DNA of 45,141 nucleotides, from the NCBI GenBank assembly GCA_963605975.1, contig CAVCWN010000256.1, forward strand, positions 1-45,141, in the 5' to 3' direction. This document shows positions 8,066 to 18,496 of the stretch, piece by piece; positions within the stretch are counted from its first letter, which is position 1, and the number at the start of each line of letters is the position of its first letter. This stretch comes from Desulfovibrionaceae bacterium. GTDB lineage: Bacteria > Spirochaetota > Spirochaetia > Treponematales > Treponemataceae. The notes under the pieces are model-generated. The model saw only the letters and a program-made list of their open reading frames with translations, was not told the origin of the DNA and did no database searches. The position numbers were made by a program, and so were the translations under genes.

Positions 8066-10906
8066 TTACTTAGATTTCTTTGCTGTGCTTGCCTTTTTAG
8101 CTGGAGCTTTAGCAGTTGTTGCTTTTGAAGCGCTAGCCTTTGAAGCAGTTTTAGCAGCTGGTTTCTTAGCTGGAGTTGTTTTCTTTGCAGCAGCCTTTGC
8201 CTTAAGAACAGCCTGAGCACCTGCAAGACGTGCACCTGGTACGCGGTATGCAGAGCAAGAAACATAGTTCAAACCAATGTTGTAGCAGAATTCGATAGAA
8301 GCTGGATCGCCACCATGTTCACCACAAATACCGAGGTGAAGGTCAGCCTTTGTAGAACGACCTCTTTCTTCTGCCAACTTCATCAATTCACCTGGACCCT
8401 CTGGATCAAGTGTCTTGAATGGATCATCTTCAAGAATTCTCTGGTCAAGGTAAGACTGGATGAACTTAGAATAGTCATCGCGGCTCAAACCAAATGCTGT
8501 CTGTGAAAGGTCATTTGTACCGAATGAGAAGAAGTCTGCATATTCAGCAAGCTTGTCAGCTGTAAGAGCTGCACGTGGGAATTCAACCATTGTACCAATC
8601 TGGAACTTAAGGTTAACCTTCTGATCCTTGTTTACCTTTTCAATAACAGCTTCTGCCTGTGCGCGAATCTGCTTGAATTCATTTACGGACATGATGTTTG
8701 GAATCATGATGCGAACATCGTGCTTTGCATGTTCTTTGTCAAGTTTTGCTGTTGCAAGAGCAATAGCTTCAACCTGCATTTCGTAAATTTCAGGATATGT
8801 AATAGCAAGACGACAACCACGGTGTCCAAGCATTGGGTTGTGTTCGTTAAGGAAGAAAATCTTCTTTGCAAGAACATCTTTGTTAAGACCAAGCTTCTTT
8901 GAAAGTTCTTTAAGCTGCTTGTCATCTTCTGCCTGAATAAATTCGTTAAGAGGTGGGTCAAGAAGACGGATTGTTACAGGATGTCCGTTCATTGCTTTGA
9001 TAACTTCATAGAAGTCACTCTTCTGCAATGGAAGAATCTTTGCAAGGTTTTCTTTTCTTTCTTCTGTTGTGTCAGAAACAATCATCTTCTGGAAGTAGAG
9101 TTGTCTGTCGCCTTCCTTGAACATGTGTTCTGTGCGGCAAAGACCAATACCTGCAGCACCAAATTTGAATGCTACTGGAGCTTCATCGCGTTCAGCATTT
9201 GCGAGAACTTCAAAGCCCTTAACTGTCTTTCCAGATGGAGTCTTGCGAACTGAAGCTTCGCGAATTTCGTCTGCCCAAGAAAGGAATGTTTCCAAATCTT
9301 TAGAAACTGAAGCAGCTGCAACCTTGATTGAACCAGCATAAACTTTACCAGTTGAACCATCGATAGAAATCTTGTCGCCAGCCTTGTAAATCTGATCCTG
9401 AATTCTGATTTTGCCGTTTCCAACAAATTCAACAGCATCACAACCACAGATACATGGAGTTCCCATACCACGTGCTACTACAGCTGCGTGTGATGTGCGT
9501 CCACCTGTTGATGTAAGAATACCGTTTGAAACTGCCATACCAGCAAGGTCATCAGGAGAAGTTTCTTTGCGAACGAGGATGATGCCACCCTTGTTGCCAA
9601 GTTCTTTTGCTTTAGCACAAGCTTCTTCTGCTGTGAATACGATGATACCTGTTCCTGCTCCTGGAGAAGCTGGAAGACCACTAGCAATAGCCTTAGCCTG
9701 CTTAAGTTCGTTTGGATCGAACTGTGGGTGAAGTGCCTGTTCAATTTGATCTGGTTCTACGCGGAGAAGAGCCTGTTCCTTTGTGATGAGCTTTTCTGCA
9801 ACCATGTCAACAGCCATCTTGATAGCAGCTGCACCTGTGCGCTTACCGTTGCGGCACTGGAGCATGAAGAGTTTTCCTTCTTCAACTGTGAATTCCATAT
9901 CCTGCATATCATGATAATGCTTTTCGAGTCTGCTGCGGATTTTGCAAAGCTGATCGTAAATTTTTTTGTTTGTCTTTTCGAGTTCAGAGAGGTGCTGTGG
10001 TGTACGAATACCTGCAACTACGTCTTCACCCTGAGCGTTCATAAGGTATTCACCCATGAATTCGTTCTTACCTGTAGAAGGGTCGCGAGAGAAACAAACA
10101 CCTGTACCAGATGTTTCACCCTTGTTACCGAATACCATTGCCATAACTGTTACGGCAGTACCCTTAAGAGCGCCTTCCTTGATGTTATTGAGCTTGCGGT
10201 AAGTAATAGCGCGTGGGTTCATCCAAGAACCGAATACAGCACCAATTGCCTTCCACATCTGCTTTTCTGGATCCTGTGGGAATTCTTCACCAGCAGGCTT
10301 TCTTTCTGTCTTTGAGTTTTTGTAAAGAATCTTATACTTAGAAACGATTTCTTTAAGTTCTTCTGTGTTAAGTTCTGTGTCCTGTTTGATGCCACGTTTT
10401 GCTTTTACAGAATCGATTACTTCTTCAAATTTATCATGGTCGATACCCATTGCAACGTTACCAAACATCTGGATAAAGCGGCGGTATGCGTCCCATGCAA
10501 AACGTTCGTTGTTTGTCTTTTCAGCAAGACCAATAACAGACTTATCGTTAAGACCAAGGTTGAGGATTGTGTCCATCATACCAGGCATAGAAATTGCTGC
10601 ACCTGAGCGAACTGATACAAGGAGAGGATCCTTTTCGTCGCCAAGTTTTTTACCCATAGACTTTTCGAGCTTTGTAAGATATTTCTTTACTTCAACATCG
10701 AGCCCTTCCGGGTATTTTTCACCTAACTTGTAATAAGCCTGACATACGTCAGTAGAAATAGTAAATCCTGATGGAACTGGAAGGCTCAAAGGAGCTTTAG
10801 CCATCTGTGCAAGGTTTGCACCTTTTCCACCAAGTTCAGCGCGCATTGTTTCATCGCCTTCTGCGTCGCCGTCACCGAAATAATAAACATATTTGGTTTT
10901 AGCCAT
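8066..10906 (-). CDS. ppdK: Pyruvate, phosphate dikinase with Lys/Ala-rich tail
   Basis: LGGKGANL, VSVRSGA..SMPGMMDT, GG.TSHAAVVARG, GLCRTEHMF, FSFGTNDL, GICGEHGG. Confidence 0.97.
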   Translation of the reverse strand: MAKTKYVYYFGDGDAEGDETMRAELGGKGANLAQMAKAPLSLPVPSGFTISTDVCQAYYKLGEKYPEGLDVEVKKYLTKLEKSMGKKLGDEKDPLLVSVRSGAAISMPGMMDTILNLGLNDKSVIGLAEKTNNERFAWDAYRRFIQMFGNVAMGIDHDKFEEVIDSVKAKRGIKQDTELNTEELKEIVSKYKILYKNSKTERKPAGEEFPQDPEKQMWKAIGAVFGSWMNPRAITYRKLNNIKEGALKGTAVTVMAMVFGNKGETSGTGVCFSRDPSTGKNEFMGEYLMNAQGEDVVAGIRTPQHLSELEKTNKKIYDQLCKIRSRLEKHYHDMQDMEFTVEEGKLFMLQCRNGKRTGAAAIKMAVDMVAEKLITKEQALLRVEPDQIEQALHPQFDPNELKQAKAIASGLPASPGAGTGIIVFTAEEACAKAKELGNKGGIILVRKETSPDDLAGMAVSNGILTSTGGRTSHAAVVARGMGTPCICGCDAVEFVGNGKIRIQDQIYKAGDKISIDGSTGKVYAGSIKVAAASVSKDLETFLSWADEIREASVRKTPSGKTVKGFEVLANAERDEAPVAFKFGAAGIGLCRTEHMFKEGDRQLYFQKMIVSDTTEERKENLAKILPLQKSDFYEVIKAMNGHPVTIRLLDPPLNEFIQAEDDKQLKELSKKLGLNKDVLAKKIFFLNEHNPMLGHRGCRLAITYPEIYEMQVEAIALATAKLDKEHAKHDVRIMIPNIMSVNEFKQIRAQAEAVIEKVNKDQKVNLKFQIGTMVEFPRAALTADKLAEYADFFSFGTNDLSQTAFGLSRDDYSKFIQSYLDQRILEDDPFKTLDPEGPGELMKLAEERGRSTKADLHLGICGEHGGDPASIEFCYNIGLNYVSCSAYRVPGARLAGAQAVLKAKAAAKKTTPAKKPAAKTASKASASKATTAKAPAKKASTAKKSK

Positions 10907-11065
10907 TAATGTCCTCCATATATATATGTGGAAAAATTATATAGTTTATAAAAATTACAGTCAACGGAGAGAGCGAAAAAGTGGCATTTTATCGAAAGAA
11001 TTTGAGGATAAAAAATGTTTTGGAAAGAAAAATTTCTTTTTAAAAAAAGAATTTTCTTAGCAAGT

Positions 11066-11173
11066 GCGTTAGTGACTGTAGGGGCGCCGCAGGCGTTCCG
11101 GAACGAAGTGGAGGAATGAAGGCGAATGCCGAAACCCCGAAAGGCTCGGCCGGCCGTAAGGCAGGCAACGCCC
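11066..11173 (+). repeat. Structured intergenic repeat, family A
   Basis: GCGTTAG...CCGGAACGAAGTGGAGG...ACGCCC. Confidence 0.75.
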
Positions 11174-11241
11174 AAAATAAAAATAAATAGTAACTTTTGA
11201 AAACTTTTTTTGTTATTAAAAAGGTGGGCTTTTCTGTTAGT

Positions 11242-11271
11242 TTGACAGTAGAGAAATATAAATGTTATAAT
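11242..11271 (+). promoter_or_regulatory. Consensus sigma70 promoter of the M23 operon
   Basis: TTGACA-N18-TATAAT with extended TG. Confidence 0.75.
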
Positions 11272-11294
11272 TTGCGGATTAATCAGGAGTTTTT

Positions 11295-12308
11295 GTGGCA
11301 CGTTCGCGTAAGTATAAATACATTGATAGAAGTTTTGGCTCAAATGTTATTCACGGAATGGGAAGTGTCTTTGCAAAAATAGGTCGTTTTTTTCTTCGTG
11401 TAGTTAAGATTTTTGATCAGAAATTAACTGTAATGGTTGTGCCGCATTCGAAGGGAAAAGTTTTTAATATTCAGACTAATGTTTTTGCATTGACTCTTGG
11501 GATAATTATTTTTGCGGGAATTATTGGTTCATTTTTTTATTTTAATCAGAGGAATATAACTGCAACTGTAGAAATAAAAAAACTGCGTGAAGAAAATCAA
11601 GACACTATGTCTAGTTTGGATGAACTTCGCGATGAAAATAATAATCTTTTGCAGACGGCAAAAAGATTTCAGTCTTCTTTAAGCCAGTCACTTTCTCTTT
11701 TGGGAATTGAGCAGACAAATAATACTGTTGCTTCTAATGATTCTGGCGGTGACCTTTCATCTCTTTTTAATACCCAGGACATTACTTCTGGAACTTTAAA
11801 GGAAACTACGGACATTCGTCAGTTGACGGCTTATTTGGACAGTGCGGTTGAACCTGTTGAAGAAATTGGCCGTATGCTTGAAAGGCAGGGAACTCTTTTT
11901 CAGGACATTCCGAGTGTGTGGCCGGTAAAAAATGGTATTGGTCACATTTCTATGGGATTTGGACAAAATTTGCATCCGCTTAAACAGACATGGTACATTC
12001 ACAAGGGGCTGGATATTTCTACATGGCGTTCTGGTGACCCGGTTGTGGCAACTGCGAATGGGCAGGTGGTGACTGTTGGTTATAGCGATGACTTTGGAAT
12101 TTTTGTTATTCTTAAGCACAAGCATGGAATTTACACTCGATATGCGCATCTTTCTTCGGCACGTGTTTCGAAGGGAGATTCTGTTACGCAAAGACAGGTT
12201 ATTGGTACAATTGGTGATACTGGTTTAACAACTGGTCCTCACCTTCATTATGAAGTTCACATTGGGTCTGATGTTGTAGATCCTTTAAAATACATTAACT
12301 TAAAGTAA
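11295..12308 (+). CDS. M23 family metallopeptidase
   Basis: TM helix, coiled coil, HKGLD, YAHL, TGPHLHYEV. Confidence 0.93.
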   Translation: MARSRKYKYIDRSFGSNVIHGMGSVFAKIGRFFLRVVKIFDQKLTVMVVPHSKGKVFNIQTNVFALTLGIIIFAGIIGSFFYFNQRNITATVEIKKLREENQDTMSSLDELRDENNNLLQTAKRFQSSLSQSLSLLGIEQTNNTVASNDSGGDLSSLFNTQDITSGTLKETTDIRQLTAYLDSAVEPVEEIGRMLERQGTLFQDIPSVWPVKNGIGHISMGFGQNLHPLKQTWYIHKGLDISTWRSGDPVVATANGQVVTVGYSDDFGIFVILKHKHGIYTRYAHLSSARVSKGDSVTQRQVIGTIGDTGLTTGPHLHYEVHIGSDVVDPLKYINLK

Positions 12309-12314
12309 TTTAAT

Positions 12315-12854
12315 ATGGCTTTTTTTAGTAACGATATTTCTATTAATAGTATTCTCGGTCAGGGCTCTGTTTTTAAGGGTAATTTGAAGATTAATGGTTT
12401 TACCAGAATTGATGGCGATTTGGACGGTGACCTTGAAAGCAGCGGAAAAGTTATTGTTGGCGAAAATGCCAGAATAAAGGGAAATATTACTGCAAAGTCT
12501 GTGACTGTTGATGGTGGAATTGTAAAGGGAAACATTGTTGCTCCGGATTTTGTTACCATTCATGCAAACAGTGCTGTTATTGGTGACATTCAAACTAGAA
12601 GGTTTAATGCGGATGAAAATATTATTTTGAATGGTCACTGCATTGCTCTTTCGGATGAAAATGAATACAGGGAAGCACAGGAACGCTGGGAAAACGAAAT
12701 GGCTATTGCTGCGAAGTCCTTGTTTACGAATGTGGTTCATGCGAAAGGCAAATCTTCTTACGAAAATTTGCAGGATGAAGAAAGAAATGGCGGTGATGAA
12801 AACCTGGCAAACAAACCGCGCGGTCTTTTTGCTAAACCTTCAAAAAAGAGATAA
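12315..12854 (+). CDS. Bactofilin (polymer-forming cytoskeletal protein)
   Basis: Repeated (I/V)xG strands (ILGQG..FKGNL..RIDG.LDGD..IKGNI); follows an M23 gene, a common pairing. Confidence 0.9.
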   Translation: MAFFSNDISINSILGQGSVFKGNLKINGFTRIDGDLDGDLESSGKVIVGENARIKGNITAKSVTVDGGIVKGNIVAPDFVTIHANSAVIGDIQTRRFNADENIILNGHCIALSDENEYREAQERWENEMAIAAKSLFTNVVHAKGKSSYENLQDEERNGGDENLANKPRGLFAKPSKKR

Positions 12855-12862
12855 AGGGTATA

Positions 12863-13402
12863 ATGGAATCTGTAGACTCTTTAAGTAATTCAGGACTTTA
12901 TTTTCAAGTGGCCCAGGAAGCGGCTAAATCTCAGCAGGCAGAAAAGGATAAAATTCAAAAAAAAGAAAAAGTTTCTAAAAGCAAGTTTTCTTCTGCTTTG
13001 GAAAAAAGTTATACGGAACATGCCTTGGTTGAAGAAGGTCTGCCTGTAGAAATTGCGAAAATGTCCGAAGAAGAGGCGGTTGTTTTTTTGAAGGATGCGG
13101 CTGATATGGCGGCGGATGTTTTGAAGGAAAAACAAACTGCTGAGTCTTTTGCAGATTATCGTAAAAAGGTGAGTCAGTTTTTAAAATACATTGCAAAAAA
13201 TAATTATGAAGTTATAAAGCATCAAAGAAAAGGTTTTACCCGCAAGAGAAAGCCCGTAAATCCTTCCTACGAAGTCAGGGTGATAAATGAAGATTTGGAT
13301 TTTATTGCCCGTTCATTCCTTTTGGAGCACAAGGCACCGCTTAACATGCTGGCTAAAATGGAAGAAATAAGTGGCTTGATTATAGACTTGATGGCAACAT
13401 AA
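12863..13402 (+). CDS. YaaR/DUF327 family protein
   Basis: Y(R/K)..V..FL..I and C-terminal EEISGLIIDL. Confidence 0.75.
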   Translation: MESVDSLSNSGLYFQVAQEAAKSQQAEKDKIQKKEKVSKSKFSSALEKSYTEHALVEEGLPVEIAKMSEEEAVVFLKDAADMAADVLKEKQTAESFADYRKKVSQFLKYIAKNNYEVIKHQRKGFTRKRKPVNPSYEVRVINEDLDFIARSFLLEHKAPLNMLAKMEEISGLIIDLMAT

Positions 13403-13440
13403 ATTTATAATTTTAAAAATTTTAATCTTTGGAGTAATTG

Positions 13441-14370
13441 ATGTCTGACATTTTTGAAAATGACATTGAAAAAAATAATATAGATTTGAAGGCGCTTGAA
13501 GATGAAGATGCAGGCGCTTCTTCTGATGAACTTGAAACTTTTGTTTTTCCGGAAACTTTATATAAGGTAAAACTTGTTTATTCTTTTGAAGGGATTTATG
13601 TGACTGTTCCGGATGGAATGACCCTTTGTGAGGGACAAAAAGTAATTGTTCCAACGCGCTACGGTGATGATTTGGCCCTTGTGCTGGGTTTGTCAAAGCA
13701 GCCTGTTGGAATAAAACCTAGTGACATTGTAGAAGTAAAGCGCATTGCTGATGAAAAAGATTTAAAGCATGCCGAAGATTTGGAGCATAAGGAAAAGGAA
13801 GCTTTTAAAGTCTTTAGGGAAAAGGTGGAATTGCATCACCTGGATATGAAACTTGTGACCGTACATTTTCTAGTTGGGGATGCAAAGGCACTTTTCTTTT
13901 TTTCAAGTGACAATCGTGTGGACTTCCGCGAGTTGGTAAAAGATTTGGTTTCTGTTTTCAGGATGAGGATTGAATTAAGGCAAATTGGTGTTAGAGATGA
14001 AAGCCGCATTACCGGAGGTTTGGGTGTTTGCGGCAGGCCATATTGTTGTAATTCTGTAAGCGATAAATTGCGTCCTGTTAGCATTAGAATGGCAAAAGAC
14101 CAGAATTTAAGTTTAAATTCCATAAAGATTTCAGGCCAGTGTGGAAGGCTTTTGTGTTGCTTAAGTTACGAAGTGGACTGGTACGCAGAAGCACGTAAAA
14201 ACTTGCCAAACGAAGGAGTCCGCCTTTATTACGACGGCACGAATTTTAAAGTAACAGAAGTTAATCTTATTACATCAATGATAAAAATGTTGGGTGAAGA
14301 TGGTCGCTTGCTTGAAGTAAACGCAAAAAGATTTGCAAAAGACAGCCAAAACCGATGGCACATCAACTAA
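13441..14370 (+). CDS. PSP1-domain protein (RicT/YaaT family)
   Basis: RVDFRELVKDL, RIELRQIGVRDE, GVCGRPYCC, SGQCGRLLCCLSYE. Confidence 0.92.
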   Translation: MSDIFENDIEKNNIDLKALEDEDAGASSDELETFVFPETLYKVKLVYSFEGIYVTVPDGMTLCEGQKVIVPTRYGDDLALVLGLSKQPVGIKPSDIVEVKRIADEKDLKHAEDLEHKEKEAFKVFREKVELHHLDMKLVTVHFLVGDAKALFFFSSDNRVDFRELVKDLVSVFRMRIELRQIGVRDESRITGGLGVCGRPYCCNSVSDKLRPVSIRMAKDQNLSLNSIKISGQCGRLLCCLSYEVDWYAEARKNLPNEGVRLYYDGTNFKVTEVNLITSMIKMLGEDGRLLEVNAKRFAKDSQNRWHIN

Positions 14371-14418
14371 GGGACAGCCCTGAATGTTGCTTTTAAAATG
14401 TTGCTTTTACGTGAAGAA

Positions 14419-15153
14419 TTAAATTTTGAGGATAGCAAGAACCTCGTCTTCTTTGCCGGTAAAAGGTGATTTGTCAAAGTCTGCATAAAATTCAATCTTT
14501 TTAAAACCGGTGTCTTTTCCAAACTGTAAAATTTCGTCTGCCGTTAAAGGGTAGAAAGGAATGTCTTCCAAAACGGGAAGATACTTGCCGTTGCCAGTTT
14601 CGATTTTTTGGTTGACAATAGAAGTGCCCTGTTTGTCAATAAGAAGTTCCGTGTCCAATTTTGAGCGTATGCTGTGACGGGTAGAAAGTTTTACCTTTTC
14701 CAGAGAGCCGTATTTTTCAAAATTAATAAGTTTTAAAACCAAAATGCCTTTTGAAGATAAAAGCTGCACGCAATCATGAAAAAATTTTTTAATCAAAATG
14801 GGGCCGTGAATGAAACAAATGCGGCTTTCAAGAGAAGAAATAATATTGTAAAAGTTTTTACCTAAAAATCTGGCCATATCAAGTGAAGACATTTCAAAAA
14901 AGCGGACGGTCATCAGCTGGTTGCGCCTTCGAAGGTTTGCGGAACGGATAAGGTCTTTATTTTGTTCAATGCCAGTAACATCCAGGCCTTCTTTTGCCAG
15001 GCTGTGCTCAAAATAACCTGTGGCACAATGGGTGCGCAAAATTTTAACTGGACGCGGGTACAAATTTATTAAATCGTTATAAAAGTCTCGCTGAGAATCT
15101 GAAACTGGGTAAAGTTCATCGTAATATTCAACTAAGTTTTTTAAATATTCCAT
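14419..15153 (-). CDS. Class I SAM-dependent methyltransferase-like protein
   Basis: YYDELYP, degenerate motif I (RTHCATG), VTGIE, C-terminal GF..I..Y.DF...F. Confidence 0.7.
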   Translation of the reverse strand: MEYLKNLVEYYDELYPVSDSQRDFYNDLINLYPRPVKILRTHCATGYFEHSLAKEGLDVTGIEQNKDLIRSANLRRRNQLMTVRFFEMSSLDMARFLGKNFYNIISSLESRICFIHGPILIKKFFHDCVQLLSSKGILVLKLINFEKYGSLEKVKLSTRHSIRSKLDTELLIDKQGTSIVNQKIETGNGKYLPVLEDIPFYPLTADEILQFGKDTGFKKIEFYADFDKSPFTGKEDEVLAILKI

Positions 15154-15217
15154 AATTTACAAATTATAATTCAATTTAAAAAAAAATCAAATTTTTTGGA
15201 GTTTTTTATAATTTTTT

Positions 15218-15398
15218 GAAGCATACCGTCTTTTGTTAAACGGTCCTTCCGCTACTTACTAACGCGCGGTCACTCCACTTTGTTCCGTGACAGTCTTCGG
15301 CTTGGCTTTGCAGCACAGCTGCTCAGCTTCTTCGCTAAAAACGGCTTCGCAAGGTTTGCCGGTTTCGCCGTCGCTCATCATAGGGCTGGCTGGGCGCA
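15218..15398 (+). repeat. Family B repeat followed by a further GC-rich fragment
   Basis: GAAGCATACC..CCTTCCGC..CGCGCGGTC..CTTCGGC; AAAAACGGCTTCGCA resembles the reverse of the 3' end of the 2462-2547 element. Confidence 0.7.
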
Positions 15399-15437
15399 TT
15401 TTTAATAGAAAAACTACATTCGTAAAGCAGATGGTTT

Positions 15438-16130
15438 TTAATTTTCTTCTTGCAAAGAGTCTTTTTCTTTTAGAATTTCTTCTACTTGTTTGCGGAATTC
15501 TTCAATTTGGTCAAATTTGTGGTCCTGGGCCCATTGAAGTTCGTCCAGGGCTTCTTCTTCACGGCCTTTTTTGGCGTAACAAACGGCTAAATCTGCATGA
15601 ACAATGGAAGAAAGATTGTTTATGTCCAGGGAATTTTCCAGCATTTCTATGGCAAGGTCGATTTTGTCATGGGTCATGTAAAGGGCTCCTAAACTGGCAT
15701 AGGCTGCAGCATTTCTGGTGTTTAGGGCAAGGGCTCTTTTAAAATACTCTTCGGCTTTGTCATCATTAAGTTTTACGCGGTAGATAAGCCCCAGTTGAAG
15801 AAGATTGTCTGCATCTTCTGAAATTTCAAGGGCTTTTTCGCGCCAGATTATTGCCTGGTCGTAGTTTTCTTGCTGTGAATAACAATTGGAAATGTAAATG
15901 TAAACGGTTTCTTTTGGGAAAGAACATTTTTCCTGAAGGGCCATTTCAAAACAGTGGCGTGCTTCGTCAAACATTTTCTTTTGGAAGTAGCGGGAGCCTT
16001 GCTGAATGTCTAGATCGCCCGGTGGTACGACACAGGAATTTAAAGAAAGGCTGCTGGTTAGTGTAAGAATAAGTGCCAGGAATAAAAAAAATTTTTTTGT
16101 TCGCTTAATTGTATTTGAAAAAGTCTTCAT
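15438..16130 (-). CDS. TPR-repeat lipoprotein
   Basis: Basic N-terminus, hydrophobic stretch, LNSC lipobox; TPR patterns (A...LG.Y, A...F..AL). Confidence 0.8.
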   Translation of the reverse strand: MKTFSNTIKRTKKFFLFLALILTLTSSLSLNSCVVPPGDLDIQQGSRYFQKKMFDEARHCFEMALQEKCSFPKETVYIYISNCYSQQENYDQAIIWREKALEISEDADNLLQLGLIYRVKLNDDKAEEYFKRALALNTRNAAAYASLGALYMTHDKIDLAIEMLENSLDINNLSSIVHADLAVCYAKKGREEEALDELQWAQDHKFDQIEEFRKQVEEILKEKDSLQEEN

Positions 16131-16174
16131 ACAGAATATATAATAATTTCCTGAAGAAAAATCTATATTTCTTT

Positions 16175-16280
16175 GCGTTAGCGGCTGTAGCACCCCGCGC
16201 AGCGGGTCCCGGAACGAAGTGGAGGGATGGAGCGACAGCGGAAGTGCGAAAGACGCGACCTGCTTTAGCAGGGAACGCCC
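16175..16280 (+). repeat. Structured intergenic repeat, family A
   Basis: GCGTTAG...ACGCCC; 16189-16248 matches 30304-30363 at 59/60. Confidence 0.85.
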
Positions 16281-16311
16281 AGAAAAAAAATAAAAATAAT
16301 AGGAAGAAAAA

Positions 16312-17499
16312 ATGAATTATTCTAAATTAAAGCGTCTGGATGAACTTTTTGCACATGAAATTGAGGCTGGCAGGCTTTGTGATGCGGCAATTTGTGTGGA
16401 GCACAAGGGAAAGCGTGTTTTTGAAAATTTTTATGGGACGGCAAAGGCGGATTCGATTTTTAAAATTTATTCTATGACAAAACCAATAACTTCTGTGGCA
16501 ACGATGATTTTGCTGGAACGCGGAATTATTGATTTGGAAGATGATGTAAAAAAATATTTACCGAATGTTTGTGCGGCGAATCAAAGGGTGATTGAAAAAA
16601 ATGTGGCGACTGGAGAAAAATCTTCGCGGGGGAATTTTTTAAAGGCTGCTACGAAAGAAATAAAAATTCGGAATTTGTTAAATATGACCAGCGGAATGGT
16701 TTATCCCAACGAAAATGAACCTTTTAACGAAACAAATGATGTGCAGACGGAAATAAAAAGGGCTTTGGCGGCTGGCGAAAATTTGGGGACTGTGGAAATT
16801 GCGGAAAAATTGGCTTTGGCACCGCTGGCTTTTGAAGCTGGGGAAGACTGGCTGTATGGAACAAGCGCGGATTTGCTGGGGGCCCTTATTGAAAAAGCGA
16901 CTGGTCGTAAATTTGGGGATTTTTTGAGATGTGAAATTTTTGAACCTTTGGAAATGAAGGATACGGATTTTTATGTTCCGCAGGAAAAAATTAAAAGGTG
17001 GATGAAACCTTGGTCACGAAAGACTGACGGTCATTTGGAGGATGTGGAGCCGAAAGTTTTGGAGTGGATGGGGCAGGCAAATCCGTGTGAAAAGGTGAAG
17101 TTTGAGTCTGGAGGGGGGTACCTTTATTCGACTTTGGAAGATTATTCGCATTTTGTCCACATGCTGTCGAATGGGGGAGCTTATAAGGGTAAGCAAATTT
17201 TGGGACGCAAGACAATAGAATATTTTGGTGTGAATCAGCTGAATGAAAGGCAGATGAAGTCTTTTTGGCTGGCGGATCAGGGCTACGGTTATGCAAATCT
17301 TATGCGCGTGATGCTGCATCCGGAAATGTCAGGGTTGGGTTCTGTTGGCGAATTTGGCTGGGATGGGCTGGCCGGGACATATTTTTTTGTTGATCCAAAG
17401 GAAGAACTTAGCCTTGTTTACATGCAGCAGATAAAGGAAGGCGGCGACCCTGTTTTAAGAAGAAAATTTCGAAACATTGTTTACAGTGCGCTTTTGTAA
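16312..17499 (+). CDS. Serine hydrolase, beta-lactamase/family VIII esterase type
   Basis: F.IYSMTK (SxxK), LL..TSG, W.YG, GW.G.AGT. Confidence 0.9.
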   Translation: MNYSKLKRLDELFAHEIEAGRLCDAAICVEHKGKRVFENFYGTAKADSIFKIYSMTKPITSVATMILLERGIIDLEDDVKKYLPNVCAANQRVIEKNVATGEKSSRGNFLKAATKEIKIRNLLNMTSGMVYPNENEPFNETNDVQTEIKRALAAGENLGTVEIAEKLALAPLAFEAGEDWLYGTSADLLGALIEKATGRKFGDFLRCEIFEPLEMKDTDFYVPQEKIKRWMKPWSRKTDGHLEDVEPKVLEWMGQANPCEKVKFESGGGYLYSTLEDYSHFVHMLSNGGAYKGKQILGRKTIEYFGVNQLNERQMKSFWLADQGYGYANLMRVMLHPEMSGLGSVGEFGWDGLAGTYFFVDPKEELSLVYMQQIKEGGDPVLRRKFRNIVYSALL

Positions 17500-17572
17500 T
17501 TTTTGAATTTTGAGAGATTAAAAAAGTTTTTGTGGAGTGGTGAAATATTGGGGATGCTTTTTTGATGATGTG

Positions 17573-17620
17573 AAAAAAAGGCTGACTGGCATTTTTTTTA
17601 ATACCAGCAGCCTTTTTTTT
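17573..17620. terminator. Bidirectional terminator
   Basis: A7-GGCTG..CTGG/CCAG-CAGCC-T8 between convergent genes. Confidence 0.75.
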
Positions 17621-17671
17621 ACTGATTTTTCTTAGCCGAAGTGGCTATAAAATCAGGCTGAATTAATTTGA

Positions 17672-18292
17672 TTACTCAAATCTAACGCTTGTTACAGCGA
17701 GGCCCTTGAAATCTTTAGGATTTGTTCCTGCTGATTTAGAACCAAGGTTTGTGTAAAGTTCAATACCTGTTACCATCTTTGTTGATTCAGGGAAAAGAGT
17801 GTCTGTCCAAGACTGACATTCTGTTTCAACATCGTAAACTGCATTGAATGGTACCTGAATACTTTTTGCCTGGTAGATAGACTTTTTGTCTTCTCCACGG
17901 TTTTTGTAGTCGAGTGTACCTGCACGGCGAGCTTTGTTGTCTTCTCTGTTCAGTGTGAAGATAGAGAACATGAATTCTCTTTTACCGTCAGCCTTAATCT
18001 GTGGATCAAGAGGTTCCCAGTCTACGCAGATTTTTGCTGCTGAACGAATCTGAAGTGGTTTAGCAAAGTTGATTCTGAGACGATAGTTTACATCTCCGTC
18101 TTTTTGCATCTGGGCCTGAACGATAATTGCCTGTTTTCCAGATGGAGCTTTGCCCTTTGTCTGCTTTCCTGCGTAAGCGTCAGCTTCTGCTGGGATAACA
18201 GAATCTGCAGTGAAGAGAAGGTTTGTTTGTGCAAAACTTGCAGAAGCAACCAATCCTGCAATAACAACAGCTAATAATGCTCTTTTTTTCAT
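17672..18292 (-). CDS. Secreted hypothetical protein, beta-rich
   Basis: Signal peptide ending ASFA; GGAGG RBS; codon usage like ppdK. Confidence 0.8.
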   Translation of the reverse strand: MKKRALLAVVIAGLVASASFAQTNLLFTADSVIPAEADAYAGKQTKGKAPSGKQAIIVQAQMQKDGDVNYRLRINFAKPLQIRSAAKICVDWEPLDPQIKADGKREFMFSIFTLNREDNKARRAGTLDYKNRGEDKKSIYQAKSIQVPFNAVYDVETECQSWTDTLFPESTKMVTGIELYTNLGSKSAGTNPKDFKGLAVTSVRFE

Positions 18293-18496
18293 CAATAGTT
18301 CCTCCTAAGAATCATTATATTTCTATTATAGACCTGTTTCTTTAGAAAAAAACAGATAAAATTTTTGATTTTTACTTAAATATTTTTGCTAAAATAAACA
18401 TAGTAAAGAACTAAAAAAATTTAGGTTTTTTTTTAACCTAAAAATAACCCATAATTGCTAGTAAAATTAGAGGTGAACCTTAAAAAGGAGAAAAAA

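Noticed and set aside
16312..17499. Antibiotic-resistance beta-lactamase
   Set aside because: No signal peptide; motifs fit cytoplasmic family VIII esterase-like hydrolases
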